From NCBI GenBank assembly GCA_000091205.1, contig AP006495.2: 64,000 bases of DNA. The stretch is one strand, 5' to 3'. Numbering within the stretch: position 1 is the first letter of the stretch; each line of letters begins with the position of its first letter. Below the pieces are notes generated by a model. That model did no database searches and had not been told where the DNA came from. It worked only from the letters and a program-made list of their open reading frames with translations. The position numbers were made by a program, and so were the translations under genes. Below, in pieces: positions 11,909 through 23,641 of the stretch. This DNA comes from Cyanidioschyzon merolae (Eukaryota).

Positions 11909-12946
11909 ATGTTCGTTCTCGGTTTGCTGCACGCTGCGCGGCCTAGTCTTTCTTGGCAGAAACTTGAGCGTCGGCGACGTCTGCACTTGGGGCAGCGGAG
12001 ACCGCGCTCCAGTGGACGTGGTTGCGTGGTGGCGTTGCGGCCGCCACCGGGTGACCCCATCGCCAAGAAGTACGCCGAGCTGGACAGCGACCCCTACGGA
12101 CCCGCGCGTATTCGAAACGAGCCCCAGATGGAAAAGAATCAGTTTGGGATAGAGCAACCGGTGCTAAAACCGTTGGAGCAGTTTCAGGTCTCGATTTTTG
12201 GAGAGCTCCGTGAACCTGTCGAGGAGCAGGACTTTACATATCGCTGGGAGCGGGACAGCGACGAGGACTGGCCCGTCTGTCCGCGCGGACTTTACCCAGA
12301 AAACTACCCGCTTTCGGATGTGCTGAAGGCGGAGTTGGACATGCCAACTGTCGAGGAGTATGACTATGATGAGCGCGTGTACCATATCGTGGAGCTCGAG
12401 CCATCCATCCTCGATATGCTCCAGGAAGACGGCCTGTTGAGAGTTCGAGACAAGCGAGCGCCCAGCGACGCAACGGGTACGAAATCCAAGCGAGGTCAGC
12501 GCGGCATCAGAGCGCCGGTGGAGGGCACCGAACCCGCTCGGGCCTCGAAAGCTGGTCGACGTCGCCGGGAACGTGACGACAGCGAGGCGCTCTTTGACGA
12601 TGTAGAGGATGTCGCATTTGGAGACGATGTTTCGATCCATGAGCTACCGGACGTCGATCCCGACGAACCCACCTTGCTTGAAGACGAGTCTCTTGTGGAT
12701 GGTGATCTCGAAATCGATGACATGATCGACGAAGGCGATCTGGACGTGGATTCCGAGTATGATGACACTGCATTCGAGGACGATACAACGGACTACGACG
12801 CAGACGAGGTACTGGATGATGACAGCGATGACTATCGGTTGGATAGTTTGGACGAAGATGTTGATGTGGATTTTGACTATGACGGCGGGTTCGGTAGCCG
12901 TGCCACCGGACCAATCGGTCTCAGTGATGACTTTGACTATGATTAG
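11909..12946 (+). CDS. Hypothetical highly acidic protein with a D/E-rich low-complexity C-terminal half
   Basis: 345-codon ORF. The C-terminus is dominated by Asp/Glu runs (DDMIDEGDLDVDSEYDD...DEDVDVDFDYD). No recognisable catalytic motif. The start codon is uncertain. Confidence 0.4.
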   Translation: MFVLGLLHAARPSLSWQKLERRRRLHLGQRRPRSSGRGCVVALRPPPGDPIAKKYAELDSDPYGPARIRNEPQMEKNQFGIEQPVLKPLEQFQVSIFGELREPVEEQDFTYRWERDSDEDWPVCPRGLYPENYPLSDVLKAELDMPTVEEYDYDERVYHIVELEPSILDMLQEDGLLRVRDKRAPSDATGTKSKRGQRGIRAPVEGTEPARASKAGRRRRERDDSEALFDDVEDVAFGDDVSIHELPDVDPDEPTLLEDESLVDGDLEIDDMIDEGDLDVDSEYDDTAFEDDTTDYDADEVLDDDSDDYRLDSLDEDVDVDFDYDGGFGSRATGPIGLSDDFDYD

Positions 12947-14824
12947 CGGGGTAGGGCGATTTCGATGGGTACATAGACCTGTTCTTTTTTTTGTTTGCAT
13001 GCGAGCAGCCTGACGGATCAAGTGGAAACCGGTTGATGACGCGGCGATCATCATGCGCATCGGTGAGCATCTCCTTGGAACGAATAACGCGCGAGTACGC
13101 ATCAACGATTGTGCAGCGATGACACGCCCAGTCGATGAGTGCCTGGTACGGTCGTGCGCCTGTCGGAGTATGCGAATGTGTGCTCATGTTCGCAAAGCGG
13201 AGCATTGGAGTTATTCGGATTGGGGCAAATATCATAGACGTTGACGGGATCTTGACGAGTTTTGAAACGCGAAGCTCAGTGGGTCGCTTCTGAGCGACCT
13301 GTCATGATTCGAAACGCTGTTCATAAACTTGAGAATATGGATATATGTTTTCGTAGACGATCTGCACGGTACACGTCCGCCACGTCCGTCGGATTGTCAC
13401 CGAGCTCGCTGGCCTGAAATGCGGCCGAGAAGCGCCAGCCGGGGCTCCTGAGCACAACGTGCTGGGCTCGCAAGAGACCGCCATCGATAAGTCTTGCAAG
13501 GGTTCCCTTTCCAGAGCGAGTAGCCGGTTGCTGGTACTCCCAGCGAGGTTTTCGGCGTTCGATATTCGAGAGTCCTGTCGTGGTTTCCGAACACTGGACA
13601 AAAAGCATACTTGTCTCTGTCATGGTTATCCTGGATCGCAGAGCGCCTGCGCCCAGTTGCGACTGGAAGCCGTGCGCCAGGGATGCTGCTTCGCCACCGT
13701 GATTCCGTCTACGCCCGAGCATTCAGCGCACGATCGGATTGTGTACTTGCCGCTGCTGGAAGCGTACGAGTTTCATGTCGATGCATGATGCGTCCTCAAG
13801 TCGCCTGTCATGGAAATCAATGGAGTATGGACGTCCGTCACGCTTCCGAGGAATCTCATCCAATGAGCGGTGCCTGTTCGACGAGAGATGCATCGGTCTT
13901 GGTTCGCATTCGCCACAATCCCATGCGAACCAGAAATCCACCACTGTGCATCGCACGGACATCGAGCGCGAGGGATGAGTCGGAGGTGGTCACGAAGGAG
14001 GAAATGGTGCGCCCAGCGCTTGCTAGAAGCGTGTCGGGAACACAACCACTGCATGCTGCCACTGCCATTGAAACCGATGATGACTCGGTACTCGTGATTG
14101 TTTCAGCGGGCGAAACACTCACTGGCAGAGATCATGTGAATCCTGAGTGAGCGCGTGGCACCGTGACCCGATGCTCGGGGTAGCGAACGGATGTCGCACA
14201 GCTACCCGAACGTGACGCCGAGTGGAAGCCAGGCGGAACAGCTGCAGCGCCTCTGTATGACGCGCGTTCCGAGAGGTCTGCGGAGAGAGATGCCCACCAC
14301 TGACACTGAAGCCCGTCGCATAGATCGTACGTTTCGCCCCGGAACCCGATCTAGCTACCGGGAGACCATGTGGATGCGTCATGTATGGACGGTGGAGTTT
14401 ACCACGCGCTCGTTCGGAATCGTATACACAGGCGATGCACGTTCGCTGCATCGATCGGACGCACAGGAAGACGCAGACACCGTCATGTTTGCACGGGACG
14501 ATTCTGGACAATTACGAACAAGAATGCTTTCCGCGTGGCGTGCGCTTGTTGGGCGCATGGGACTTTTCTGAACAAATAGGTTCAAAGATTGCATTCCAGT
14601 TGGAACGCCCCTGAAGAGGCGATCGGTGCGGGGCGCGCATGCTACACGCCCGGTTGTGTTCCGATACGAGCGGCATTATCGCAGGCTGCGCAGTCGTACG
14701 CTTATACGTAACGACACGGTACCAGGAGCGTACTGGTCGCACTGAAAACAGCGACCATACAAACGTGCAAGACGCGCCGAACTCTAGCTCCTATCGGGCA
14801 GAGGTCGCTAACGGCTATCGCATA

Positions 14825-15736
14825 ATGTCCGTGTTTCGGCGGTTTCTTTATCACCTCGGGTACCTGGCACGGGAGACGGGACAGGCACTCGATCGAGCGG
14901 GCTGCTTTTTGCAAGGCAACTTTGCTTATCGAGAAGCGCTTTACTTGTCCCGACACCGCCAAATCATGAACCTGGTTGATCGAAAACCCATAATTTCTCC
15001 GCAGGTCCAGTTTATAGCTCCGAATGCTGCTATAATCGGTGACGTCGCTATCGGTGCTGCGAGCTCTGTCTGGTATGGCGCCGTCATTCGAGGCGACGTC
15101 AACAAGGTGGTCATCGGTGAGCGAACCAACGTACAGGATCGTGCCGTGATTCACGTCGCCTCTGGAGGCGGTAAGCTCGAGAGAGCGTTACCCACTTTCA
15201 TTGGCAACGAGGTAACGATTGGGCACGGAGCTATTCTTCATGCGTGTGCTGTTGAGGACCAGGCGGTTGTTGGTATGGGCGCCATTGTTCTAGACGGGAG
15301 CAGAGTCGAAAGCGGTGCAGTGATCGGAGCGGGGAGTGTTCTGCCGCCGGGCACTGTTGTCGGTGCCGGCCAGTTGTGGTTGGGTACGCCTGCGCGCTTC
15401 GTGCGCCTTGTTTCTGCCGAAGAGAAGCAGCAGTTCGCTGTCCAATGTAGTCAGTACGTCGAGCTTGCCAAAATGCATGCCACAGAATGCGGTAAGACGC
15501 CAGACCAATTGGATGCGGAGCAAATGGCGGCTCTGCTCTGGGAGGAACGCAGCGAAGACTATTTGAGCAGTCTCGGTCTTCTTGGAAAAGAAGAGGACGT
15601 TATGGCCGCGCAGAAGGCCTATTTGGCCCACGAACGACAATTGGCCGCGTCTGGTGCACCAAAAGGCAGCGGGAAACCGGAAACAAAGATTTCCTCGTCG
15701 ACTGATGCACGGCAGCAGGTGTCGGCTGGGCACTAG
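14825..15736 (+). CDS. Gamma-type carbonic anhydrase / complex I gamma-CA subunit (left-handed beta-helix hexapeptide-repeat protein)
   Basis: MSVFRRFLYHLGYLARETGQALDRAGCFLQG closely matches the plant gamma-CA N-terminus (FYSVGFWIRETGQALDRLGCRLQG). It is followed by hexapeptide repeats (IGDVAIGAASSVWYGAVIRGDVN...GNEVTIGHGAILHAC). The supplied ORF begins at 14639, but the homologous start is Met at 14825. Confidence 0.85.
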   Translation: MSVFRRFLYHLGYLARETGQALDRAGCFLQGNFAYREALYLSRHRQIMNLVDRKPIISPQVQFIAPNAAIIGDVAIGAASSVWYGAVIRGDVNKVVIGERTNVQDRAVIHVASGGGKLERALPTFIGNEVTIGHGAILHACAVEDQAVVGMGAIVLDGSRVESGAVIGAGSVLPPGTVVGAGQLWLGTPARFVRLVSAEEKQQFAVQCSQYVELAKMHATECGKTPDQLDAEQMAALLWEERSEDYLSSLGLLGKEEDVMAAQKAYLAHERQLAASGAPKGSGKPETKISSSTDARQQVSAGH

Positions 15737-16876
15737 GAGGCGGCCGCGCAACCTCACGCACCAGGCAACTGTGCTGTGCACCGCCACATGCTCTGGCATG
15801 CTTTTTAATGTGCGTGCTCGTAGATAAAAGGCAACCATGGCAATAGTTAGGAGGAATCATTGAATCGGTCGTTGAACGAGCGATTTTGGTGAAATTTCGG
15901 TTCGTTTCGAGCGAAACTATGATCGATGGCCATCATGTGATCGCAGCAGGCGATCCAGGCGTTCCTTGGAGCACATCGACTGAAGTCGTGCCCGCTCACA
16001 TGCGCCTAGCGATGAAGCATCGAATGACGAAGCTGGACGTACGTGCGTTGAAGAGGCCAGTCTCGGGAACAGCAGACCATGCTCTGGTGACAGCGTCAAA
16101 AGGCACGACGAGATACACCTTGAAAAGGCCGCTTGTGAGCATTCCGTATCCATGCTCTCGCACCAGCGTAAACAATCACTACGAAATGGATGGAGAAACG
16201 CCGTGCTCCGCGCTTGCTTCAGATACTCACCTGAAGAGCGATTGCCCATGCACGAGGTATTCATCGCGTTTGAGTGCATGACCATGATCGGGTGTATGTT
16301 CATACACCGACGTGCAGACGCTTCCCAGTGGTTCTCGAACGGCGACCTACTACTCGTTTCAACTTCTACTTGTGCAGTTCGAGCCTACGAGGTCGGTCCA
16401 CAAAGTTGGTTCATGACAGGCTTGGAGGTCTCCTCTGCGGTATCGCACATTTCCTGATATTGACTGCGGCGTTGACGTCCCCGTTCACGAACTCCGTACG
16501 TTTCCTGCCGCTGGATGAACGCGCCAGTGCAAGGAGTTCTCGAACTCGAGCACTCTTTGCCGTTTGATGCGCTTCAGCTCTTCGTACTTTTCTATCCCCT
16601 GAGCGATAGACTGGCCCGTTTCCATCCCGACTTTCTGAAGTGTACATCGCAGCTCATGGTGCACGTATGTCTTTCGGAACGCATCTATGGGGACCGTGTC
16701 AAAACGCTGTGCGCACTGCTCGTGCGCTAGTGTCGACGGAGCCGGTGTGCTCCCTTTCTGAGGCACCCAGCGCCATGCTCCGTATGCTATTAGGAGCATT
16801 TGACTCTTGTCTTCCTTAAAGACGCTCAACTGATTGAAGAAGTTCACGAATGCATGCTTCTTCCTGCAGCACAGCC

Positions 16877-17910
16877 TCATTCGCTGACGAGCCCGCCGGG
16901 CTTTGTGTACAGTTTCCACAGCTCCTCGAAATGAGCAGCTTGAGTTGCCAGGAACTCTAGAAAGGCTCGAAAGCTCGCGCATCGGCTCGTCACATTGCTG
17001 AACTCCTTCTTATGGACGTCGAGCTCAAGGCTGATCTCCTCTATGTTGCCGTGAACGGCGCTGGAATCGATTGGCTCAAAGTAGGACGTGATGTTGCACA
17101 GCAGCACGACGTTGAAGCGCTTCCCCAGTAGGAAAGCCTTCTGTCTCTCCGAATCTTCATTTTCTTCCGCATCCAGCTGAATCTCCGCCATGCGTTCGAG
17201 TTATCGGTCCGAAAACACGAAATACCGCAAGATGAGGGAATAACATCTTTTTTCATCTCTGATATCTTTTCTGCTGGATTCGCCAGCCCCAAGACCGCAC
17301 GATGCTCTTGAATAGCCGCACGGATGACGGAAGCCTCATTCATGCTCCTGCGTGATGTCTTCTCGTCGACAGATTCGATCTCCTGTTCATGCAGGCGATC
17401 GTTCATGATGCCATTGATAATCGCTTATTTTCCTCTGCGAGAGATGCCTGGGTAGAGCGCAAATATGGAGCGTTTCATGAAACGCTCCAGGTTCATGGTC
17501 ATATGGTTCTTCAGATTCGTGAGGTACTTGATTGCATCGTAAGTGTGCATATCCGAGTCATTCCTGTGTCGAGCACCGTGAAGCGGTATTCGGCGTGATT
17601 TTCCTGTAGGGTATGTACTCGATCGTTTACGCTCGACGTTTGCCCGGTGCCAAGCATCAAGTGCCGGATAATGGCCTTGTTGAAAAATTCTTCCAGAGCC
17701 TCTAATGTTTTGTTGTCCGCTACGTCGTGGCACGTCTCCTTCACCAAATGCATTATTCCTGAAGAAGCGTTACGAACACTGCTGGAGTACGACGCGACAA
17801 GGTGTCTGGTGGCCTCTCGCAACTTTTGCTTGAAGGGATCCTTGATACCGCGTCGAAGAAAAGCTGTCAGTACAATCTCGTCGTACTGTCGTCTTTCTTG
17901 CAGCATTTGA
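16877..17910 (-). pseudogene. Eroded ORF X, copy B (inverted paralog of 2780-3930), split over four frames
   Basis: ORFs 17511-17906, 17425-17733, 17041-17406 and 16877-17191 are colinear with copy A. Examples are LQERRQYDE...[46 protein letters not shown] and NEDSERQKAFLLGKRFNVV. Confidence 0.45.
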
Positions 17911-18299
17911 CGTCGGGCCTCCGCCCTTTGCTTCTTCGTCTTCTCCTTTTACTCTGAACTCGGCACTGTTTTTCGTTTTTCTCCGGCAACCGGAGATACT
18001 GGTCCTCCAGAATCCTCCGCCTCTATACCCATACGTTTATTTTTTATGTTTCAAAAAGAATTCAATTTGAAAGCATCTGCCATGAACCAAGAAACCTCAC
18101 TGGAATACAGTAATGTGAAGGTTGAAACTCAACTGAGGTCAAACACCGTATTTGGCTATGACTGTAACATCGTTACAGCACGTACGTTAGAGCGGCACGC
18201 TAATCATCAGGATCACGTTTCTCTTGAACGGCGAGAGGCGCGTCGTGTCTCCTGCCTTCCTGATCCCGAGATGCGCATATCGACCGCGCTATAGAAAAA

Positions 18300-18840
18300 G
18301 GAAAGCAACGAACCGCAAACTAGCAATGAGATAGCATTGTTGTCATCGTCTATGGTGCAAATTCAAAGGGAGAAAAGCTTTCCTCATTGCCGAGAGTTTA
18401 CCTTTTAGGTGGAAGGTCCTGCGAGCCAGACGAGTGTGCCCGGTTTGCGCTCCGTGCGACTCTGCAGTGGCGGGTGCTGTGGTGACATCTGAGCGGCTCG
18501 CCCGCAACGCTGTTTATTCTGGGATAAGCGGCTGTTAGGCTGCGTCCGCGGGCGTCACCCTGGCCGTGGTAGACTCTCAGAATATCGCTTCGCGCTGGCG
18601 CAGGCAGTTCGTCTATCAACACAACTTTCTGGTTCCCAGAATGACAATATGTCCCGACCCAGTATCAGGTGTAGCATTCCCGGAGCCGACGTCCTTAGTG
18701 GTGTGGAAAAGCCGTTCATTCTCTATGATGCATCCGCACCAGCGGTACAGGTGCTATGACGGGTGCTCAAATCAGACACTCAGTGCACAATAGAACATAA
18801 GAAACGACCCGCACATCCGAAATGAAGTATGGATAATGGA
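18300..18840 (-). repeat. Dispersed repeat R2, copy 2 (inverted relative to copy 1)
   Basis: The reverse complement aligns block-by-block with 2110-2650 and 58660-59200. Examples are cagaataa.cagcgttgcgggcgagc.gctcag, ccactgcagagtcgcacg(g/a)agcgcaaac and cctaaaaggtaaactctcg. Confidence 0.6.
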
Positions 18841-19135
18841 ACCTGATGGTAGGGTGCATCATGATGGCTGCTGCCCAGAAAGCCAATACCCATTTCGCAA
18901 TCTGGGATCGCTGACCAGTGTAAACTTTTTTCATCAAAAATAAAATTCGAAATCGCCGCTTGCCGCTCGCGCCACTGAGGTAGGTGACCTCGCGCGTGCG
19001 ACGTTCCGTAGAGCGCCAGGGAGCCGTACACGCCGCAACTTGCCGGCGAGTGTGCGCTTGAAACGCTGACTCAAGATCTCTAGACACGAACTCAATAGTT
19101 CCACGACTTGCAGCTTGCCGTGACTGTGGTGCGGC

Positions 19136-20362
19136 GTGGTAGTCGGGGAGCTCCGTCTAGGCAAGCGGCGGCACGCGTTGTGCATAGCGGGACTGGTGCC
19201 TGGCGTCGAGATAGCAACACTGAGACCTGCAGCGCTGTCGAGACCTGCGAATATGAACGCTGCGGTTCTTCGTGCCCCGACAGACGTGGTTCTCGTCGAC
19301 ACTGGAACAGCAGACGACACGTTCCGGGTCGACGATAACGTGGACGCTGAGAAAGTCTCGCCCAGAGTTCAGCGTTTGTCAGACCTAGACGACGCGGAAC
19401 AACCCCGGAAACAAGACGTTCATCGTGAATTGGATCCAGTGCCCACAGGTCCGCCAGTTCCTTTAGGCGAAATACCGAATATCAACTACATGATCACGAA
19501 CAAGTTCTCGGGGAAAGATGCCACTCTGAAAACAATCCACTCTTTGCTTTTTTGGAGACCCGGTACGCATCTCAAAGTAAAGCAGAGCCTCCGGCAATGG
19601 GCTGGAGTCCCCGCTGACGAGCCACCGTCGGTGGCGGATGCACGCAGACAACGAATGCGTCAGCGACTCATGCGCCTGCGGATGGACGAATTGAAACCAA
19701 TATGCAACGTGCTCGACCTGCCTCTAACGGGGGCAAAAGAAGATCTAACGCAGCGTATCATGCGCTTCCTAGAGCATCCGTTTATCTGGCCTGGACGGCG
19801 CGATCTCGCTGCAGCAGCGCAGCGTAGACGCAAACGCCGTGCGACTCCATCGAAAGGATCCACCGCGTCGAAACGACGACAGCGCCCGCATCCGTGCCCG
19901 AGACAGTCCAAGGACTCCCATTCCATGCATGCAGCTGCGAATACGCTCTCTGACGAATCGTCGGCAGCTTCCGAGGCTTCGCTGGATGACTCCGACTCCG
20001 TACCGTCGGATGCGTCATCCGATGCGGACTTTGTCTCTCATGCGCCTCGAGTGAAGCGGACACCATCGGCTTCCTCAACGGTCCGCGCAGTGGCAGCACC
20101 GAAAGCAGCTCGTTCGCCTAGTGGCGAGCGAGCGCAAGAGAAATCATCAACTCGGACGCTGCGGGCTCAGGTGACGGAAGCACTGGAGACGATCCTGCAA
20201 GACGCCAAAGACCGACTTCATTCCTTGACCATGAACCAGCTGCGGGCACAAGTTTCGCAACGAATTGGGACACCGGTCACCGACGATGAAATGGTTGCTT
20301 TTCGGCAGTTTGTTCGCTCGAAGCTCGTTTCACAAATGCAAGCTGCGAACGCCTCAAAGTAG
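19136..20362 (+). CDS. DEK-like chromatin protein (SAP domain plus C-terminal DEK_C-like domain)
   Basis: SAP-like motif MDELKPICNVLDLPLTGAKEDLTQRIMRFL. Basic and Ser-rich linker. C-terminal LRAQVSQRIGTPVTDDEMVAFRQFVRSKL resembles DEK_C. The true start is possibly the internal Met near 19250. Confidence 0.55.
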   Translation: MVVGELRLGKRRHALCIAGLVPGVEIATLRPAALSRPANMNAAVLRAPTDVVLVDTGTADDTFRVDDNVDAEKVSPRVQRLSDLDDAEQPRKQDVHRELDPVPTGPPVPLGEIPNINYMITNKFSGKDATLKTIHSLLFWRPGTHLKVKQSLRQWAGVPADEPPSVADARRQRMRQRLMRLRMDELKPICNVLDLPLTGAKEDLTQRIMRFLEHPFIWPGRRDLAAAAQRRRKRRATPSKGSTASKRRQRPHPCPRQSKDSHSMHAAANTLSDESSAASEASLDDSDSVPSDASSDADFVSHAPRVKRTPSASSTVRAVAAPKAARSPSGERAQEKSSTRTLRAQVTEALETILQDAKDRLHSLTMNQLRAQVSQRIGTPVTDDEMVAFRQFVRSKLVSQMQAANASK

Positions 20363-22513
20363 CATAGATCGTCATCGAAGACATGATGCACTGCGTTGGA
20401 CGAGAGAACATGGCATGGCGCACAACACGATGCGCAGCATCTTGTGCACAATATTGACTAGTGCACCAGACGCCCAACGAGGTCAGCTATGCTGCAGAAA
20501 GATGCCACATATTCGGAGCGCGCGCACGACACGGCCAGCGATTCTGATGTACGCGCTGTGAACAAGCTTGCTGCGCGGCGACGCAGGTGCATCGCAGTCA
20601 AGCTCATATCGAAGCGGTTCATCTTACACATGCCAGCTGCATTCACTGGACAGCTCGGCATACTTGGCGGCGAGGAATCCTATCAATGCAAGCGAAACGT
20701 TCAGTTCGCGTGATAGCAAGAGGTGCACGATCCAAGGGGGGCTCTCCTGCGAGTGCCATCACCGTCATCGCTGAAACCGCCGGAGGAATCATTACGTGCA
20801 TGCTCATGATTTTCAGTTTACGAGAGCGAGCACAAGAGCTGATTGCTTTTTTTCCAGCGCGCTGCTGGCGGTGAAGTGATCTTGTATTTGGATGAGCGCG
20901 AGTGCGAGATACCGGAATCTATGCCCGTACAAGAGCAGTCCTGGGTGCCACCGACCCATCCTGAACCAGGCCACGAGATGCGGATTTGCCCGCTTGTTTA
21001 ATATGCCTCATGACGGCGAAAACTGGGTGCAGCCCCGCATGCATCCCGTAGCCTGGAAGAATCCGAAAGGCGCTCGCTTCTGCTTCACCAAGCACTTGCA
21101 CCGTGATGCAAACCGAGGCTGTTTTTGATGTGGCTTGCCCCGGCCCCGTTGCATCGAGTAGGCGTCACGACTCGTTGGAAAACATATTATTCCGCAGCGA
21201 TGTTCGACGACCAAGCGCAGCGTTACCTGAGCGACTGTGGTCTCCAAGAAAGAAAGTCCCGCAAGGCCTTTGCGCCAGCGCATCTCGTCTCTTGGACGCG
21301 GAAGAGGGGCATGAGCGACCAGCTTGTTCGCGTTTATCCGCAACGATTCAGTAGAGCTCATTTTGAACGCAAACAAGCTATTTTTTGTTCCGAGCAGGGC
21401 ATCACCGAAGTACGTCGGTCCGATCCGGAGCAGTGGTAAACGCGACCTGCAGACGTGCGCCTTGGACTATGGGATACTCACGAGCGCGCGACGGAAAAGT
21501 GGAAACACGACTGCAGAGGTGCTGGGGACAAACGAAAGTTAGCATTGGAGAAATGTGCTATAAGCGGCACATCAGCGAACTTGAATACTCGTGCTCGGCA
21601 CTCGTGAATGACACGCAGCTGTCCACCGTTGCCGGCATGCAGACGATGCATTGATGACGAGGCTGCTGGTACAGCGAGCCATTGCTGTGCGGACTGGATG
21701 CAATTCGCATTGCTGTCACAACGGTGGCGCATGCGTGACGCCTACGTGTCCATAGCAATGCGTGCTGGTGCATGGACCCGTGCCACGCACGCACTCGATC
21801 TGTGCGTGCACATGCGACGTACTGCAGCGCAAGACTTGCTGAGCGATCATTCGCGCTGCCCGATGCACTGCACTGCACTGCACTGCATGATGCATTCGCG
21901 TTTGGCGCGGGACCAGCATCGAATGGTGCTTCACATGACGCACGTGTCCATTCAACAGCGTAGACGCGTTGCTGCTGTTACGACTGCTTGTGCAGAGCCG
22001 TCGGGGTTATGGATCGCTCGCTGGCGGCGTCGCCGAAAGCAGCGCGCTGCGATCGCCGGGCGATACACGGCGCCAGCCGCGTGCACGTTGATAATCAGCC
22101 TATTGCTGTCGCTATGCGATGGAAAAGGGTGTGGTGCTGTACCCAGCGAACCCACATGAAACGCATGTAAAGAGAGCGTGCTGCATCCAGAAGCACACTG
22201 CCGCTGCTCCATCCAAGACGCAAGCACCGAACATGTACAGGATACAGGCATCTGTTTCTTTCATCATAGTTTACATCAGTCTGTACAGAATTCTGAATGG
22301 ATTCGCGATCGACGCTTGCATACCGTGGCCTGCGCAAATGCAGACGTTCGTCAGTAGCGCAGATTCTGCAGAGGTAAACGTTTCAGCAAATCGCCGCGGG
22401 TGTTGGCAGCTGCGGCTTCTTGAATGCCGCTGTCGGCACAGGCGCGCCACCAGCCGCGATGACGCGCCTCGCTTTCGATACATAGACAATGGTGTGTCCA
22501 CGGTGGCGGCCGG

Positions 22514-23641
22514 CTATTCGCTTTGCTGCAGCGAGGTTGGCTCGGTCTGGCCCTCCGTTGATGGCGTTGTTGCGGCCTGCGTGCCGGACGACACGACCCT
22601 GCACGACGGCAACGCAGGCTGTTGACCACGAGTCGCTTGGTGCTGTCGTCTCGCTGCCCATCCAAGGCGCACTGCATGACCCAGTAGGAGTAGGCACACT
22701 GTGCCGCTCAGCGCCGTGTATGCAGATACACCATGCGCACTCGAGACCGCCATGCTCGCCTCTAGACCCGCGAGTGCGCTGAGCCAGCCATAGAAAAATA
22801 CCCAGTAGGGAGAGAGGGCTTGCTCCTCCTCGAGACGCCATGCACTGCCCTGCTGCAATGCCTGCCGACTCGGAAGCGCTGCGCCAGCGCTCTCATCAAA
22901 CCGTACAAGTGACGTGCGTTCGGCGTGTTTGGGAGCCGCACCTGACCGGGGCACTGGTGTATGCGGTGATCCGCGCAGCAAAGACTCGATCTCGTCCTGT
23001 GTCTGACGGAGGACGCGAGCGCGCTCTTGCGCGGCTTCCAGGCGCTCCTCGACCTGTGCCCACGAGGGTGCTAGCTCGTTAGCGCGCCGATCCATCTCTT
23101 CCGTCCGCAAGGTCAGCCGCTCTCGATAGCTGTCGAAAAGCAGCTGCAGCTTCTCGCGGAGTTTCACGAGCTCGACAGCCACCAGTAAGTCGATCCGATC
23201 GATCGCCCGTTGCCGAGCAAGCTCCACCCTCAGCTGACCCTCGAGCGACTCCTGCAGTCTTCGGTGTATCTCTGAGAGCAGACGCTCCGCTAAGGCTTCG
23301 GTCGACGCAGACACCTGCACGTCCACGTCGTCGTCGCTGCGAGGTACCCGTTCTGCGTCCTCGGAGCCAGGACTGGGTTCTGAAACCGCCTGAACCACTG
23401 CTGGTGCGACGGACGCACTACGGGAGGTGTACGGACGCCATCGCCGCCACCGCTTCCGCGGCAGCAGCGCAGCAGACTCGCACCCAGACTTTTGGACAGC
23501 GCAACGACGTCCGCTGCGTCCGTACGCGGGGCTGGGACGCACCACGCGCGTCACGAAACTGGGCACTGTTCGGGTCGGGCCACCAACGTGGTTGTTTCCA
23601 TTCAGTACTGCCCAACATAGTGAGTTCGGTTCCGGGTCCAT
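22514..23641 (-). CDS. Hypothetical coiled-coil protein with two C-terminal hydrophobic segments
   Basis: 375-codon ORF with a long heptad-like, Arg/Glu/Leu-rich stretch (LRVELARQRAIDRIDLLVAVELVKLREKLQLL...). The C-terminus has WVFFYGWLSALAGLEASMAVS and GTVCLLLLGHAV. No family recognised. Confidence 0.35.
   Translation of the reverse strand: MDPEPNSLCWAVLNGNNHVGGPTRTVPSFVTRVVRPSPAYGRSGRRCAVQKSGCESAALLPRKRWRRWRPYTSRSASVAPAVVQAVSEPSPGSEDAERVPRSDDDVDVQVSASTEALAERLLSEIHRRLQESLEGQLRVELARQRAIDRIDLLVAVELVKLREKLQLLFDSYRERLTLRTEEMDRRANELAPSWAQVEERLEAAQERARVLRQTQDEIESLLRGSPHTPVPRSGAAPKHAERTSLVRFDESAGAALPSRQALQQGSAWRLEEEQALSPYWVFFYGWLSALAGLEASMAVSSAHGVSAYTALSGTVCLLLLGHAVRLGWAARRQHQATRGQQPALPSCRVVSSGTQAATTPSTEGQTEPTSLQQSE

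Noticed and set aside
21608-22159. 183-codon ORF and neighbouring overlapping ORFs in the 20.4-22.5 kb spacer; similarly 13611-14150(+) and 29016-29678(+)
   Set aside because: The Cys/His/Arg-rich composition is typical of random GC-rich sequence. Multiple overlapping frames are open at once. No conserved motif is present, and the codon bias differs from the confident genes.
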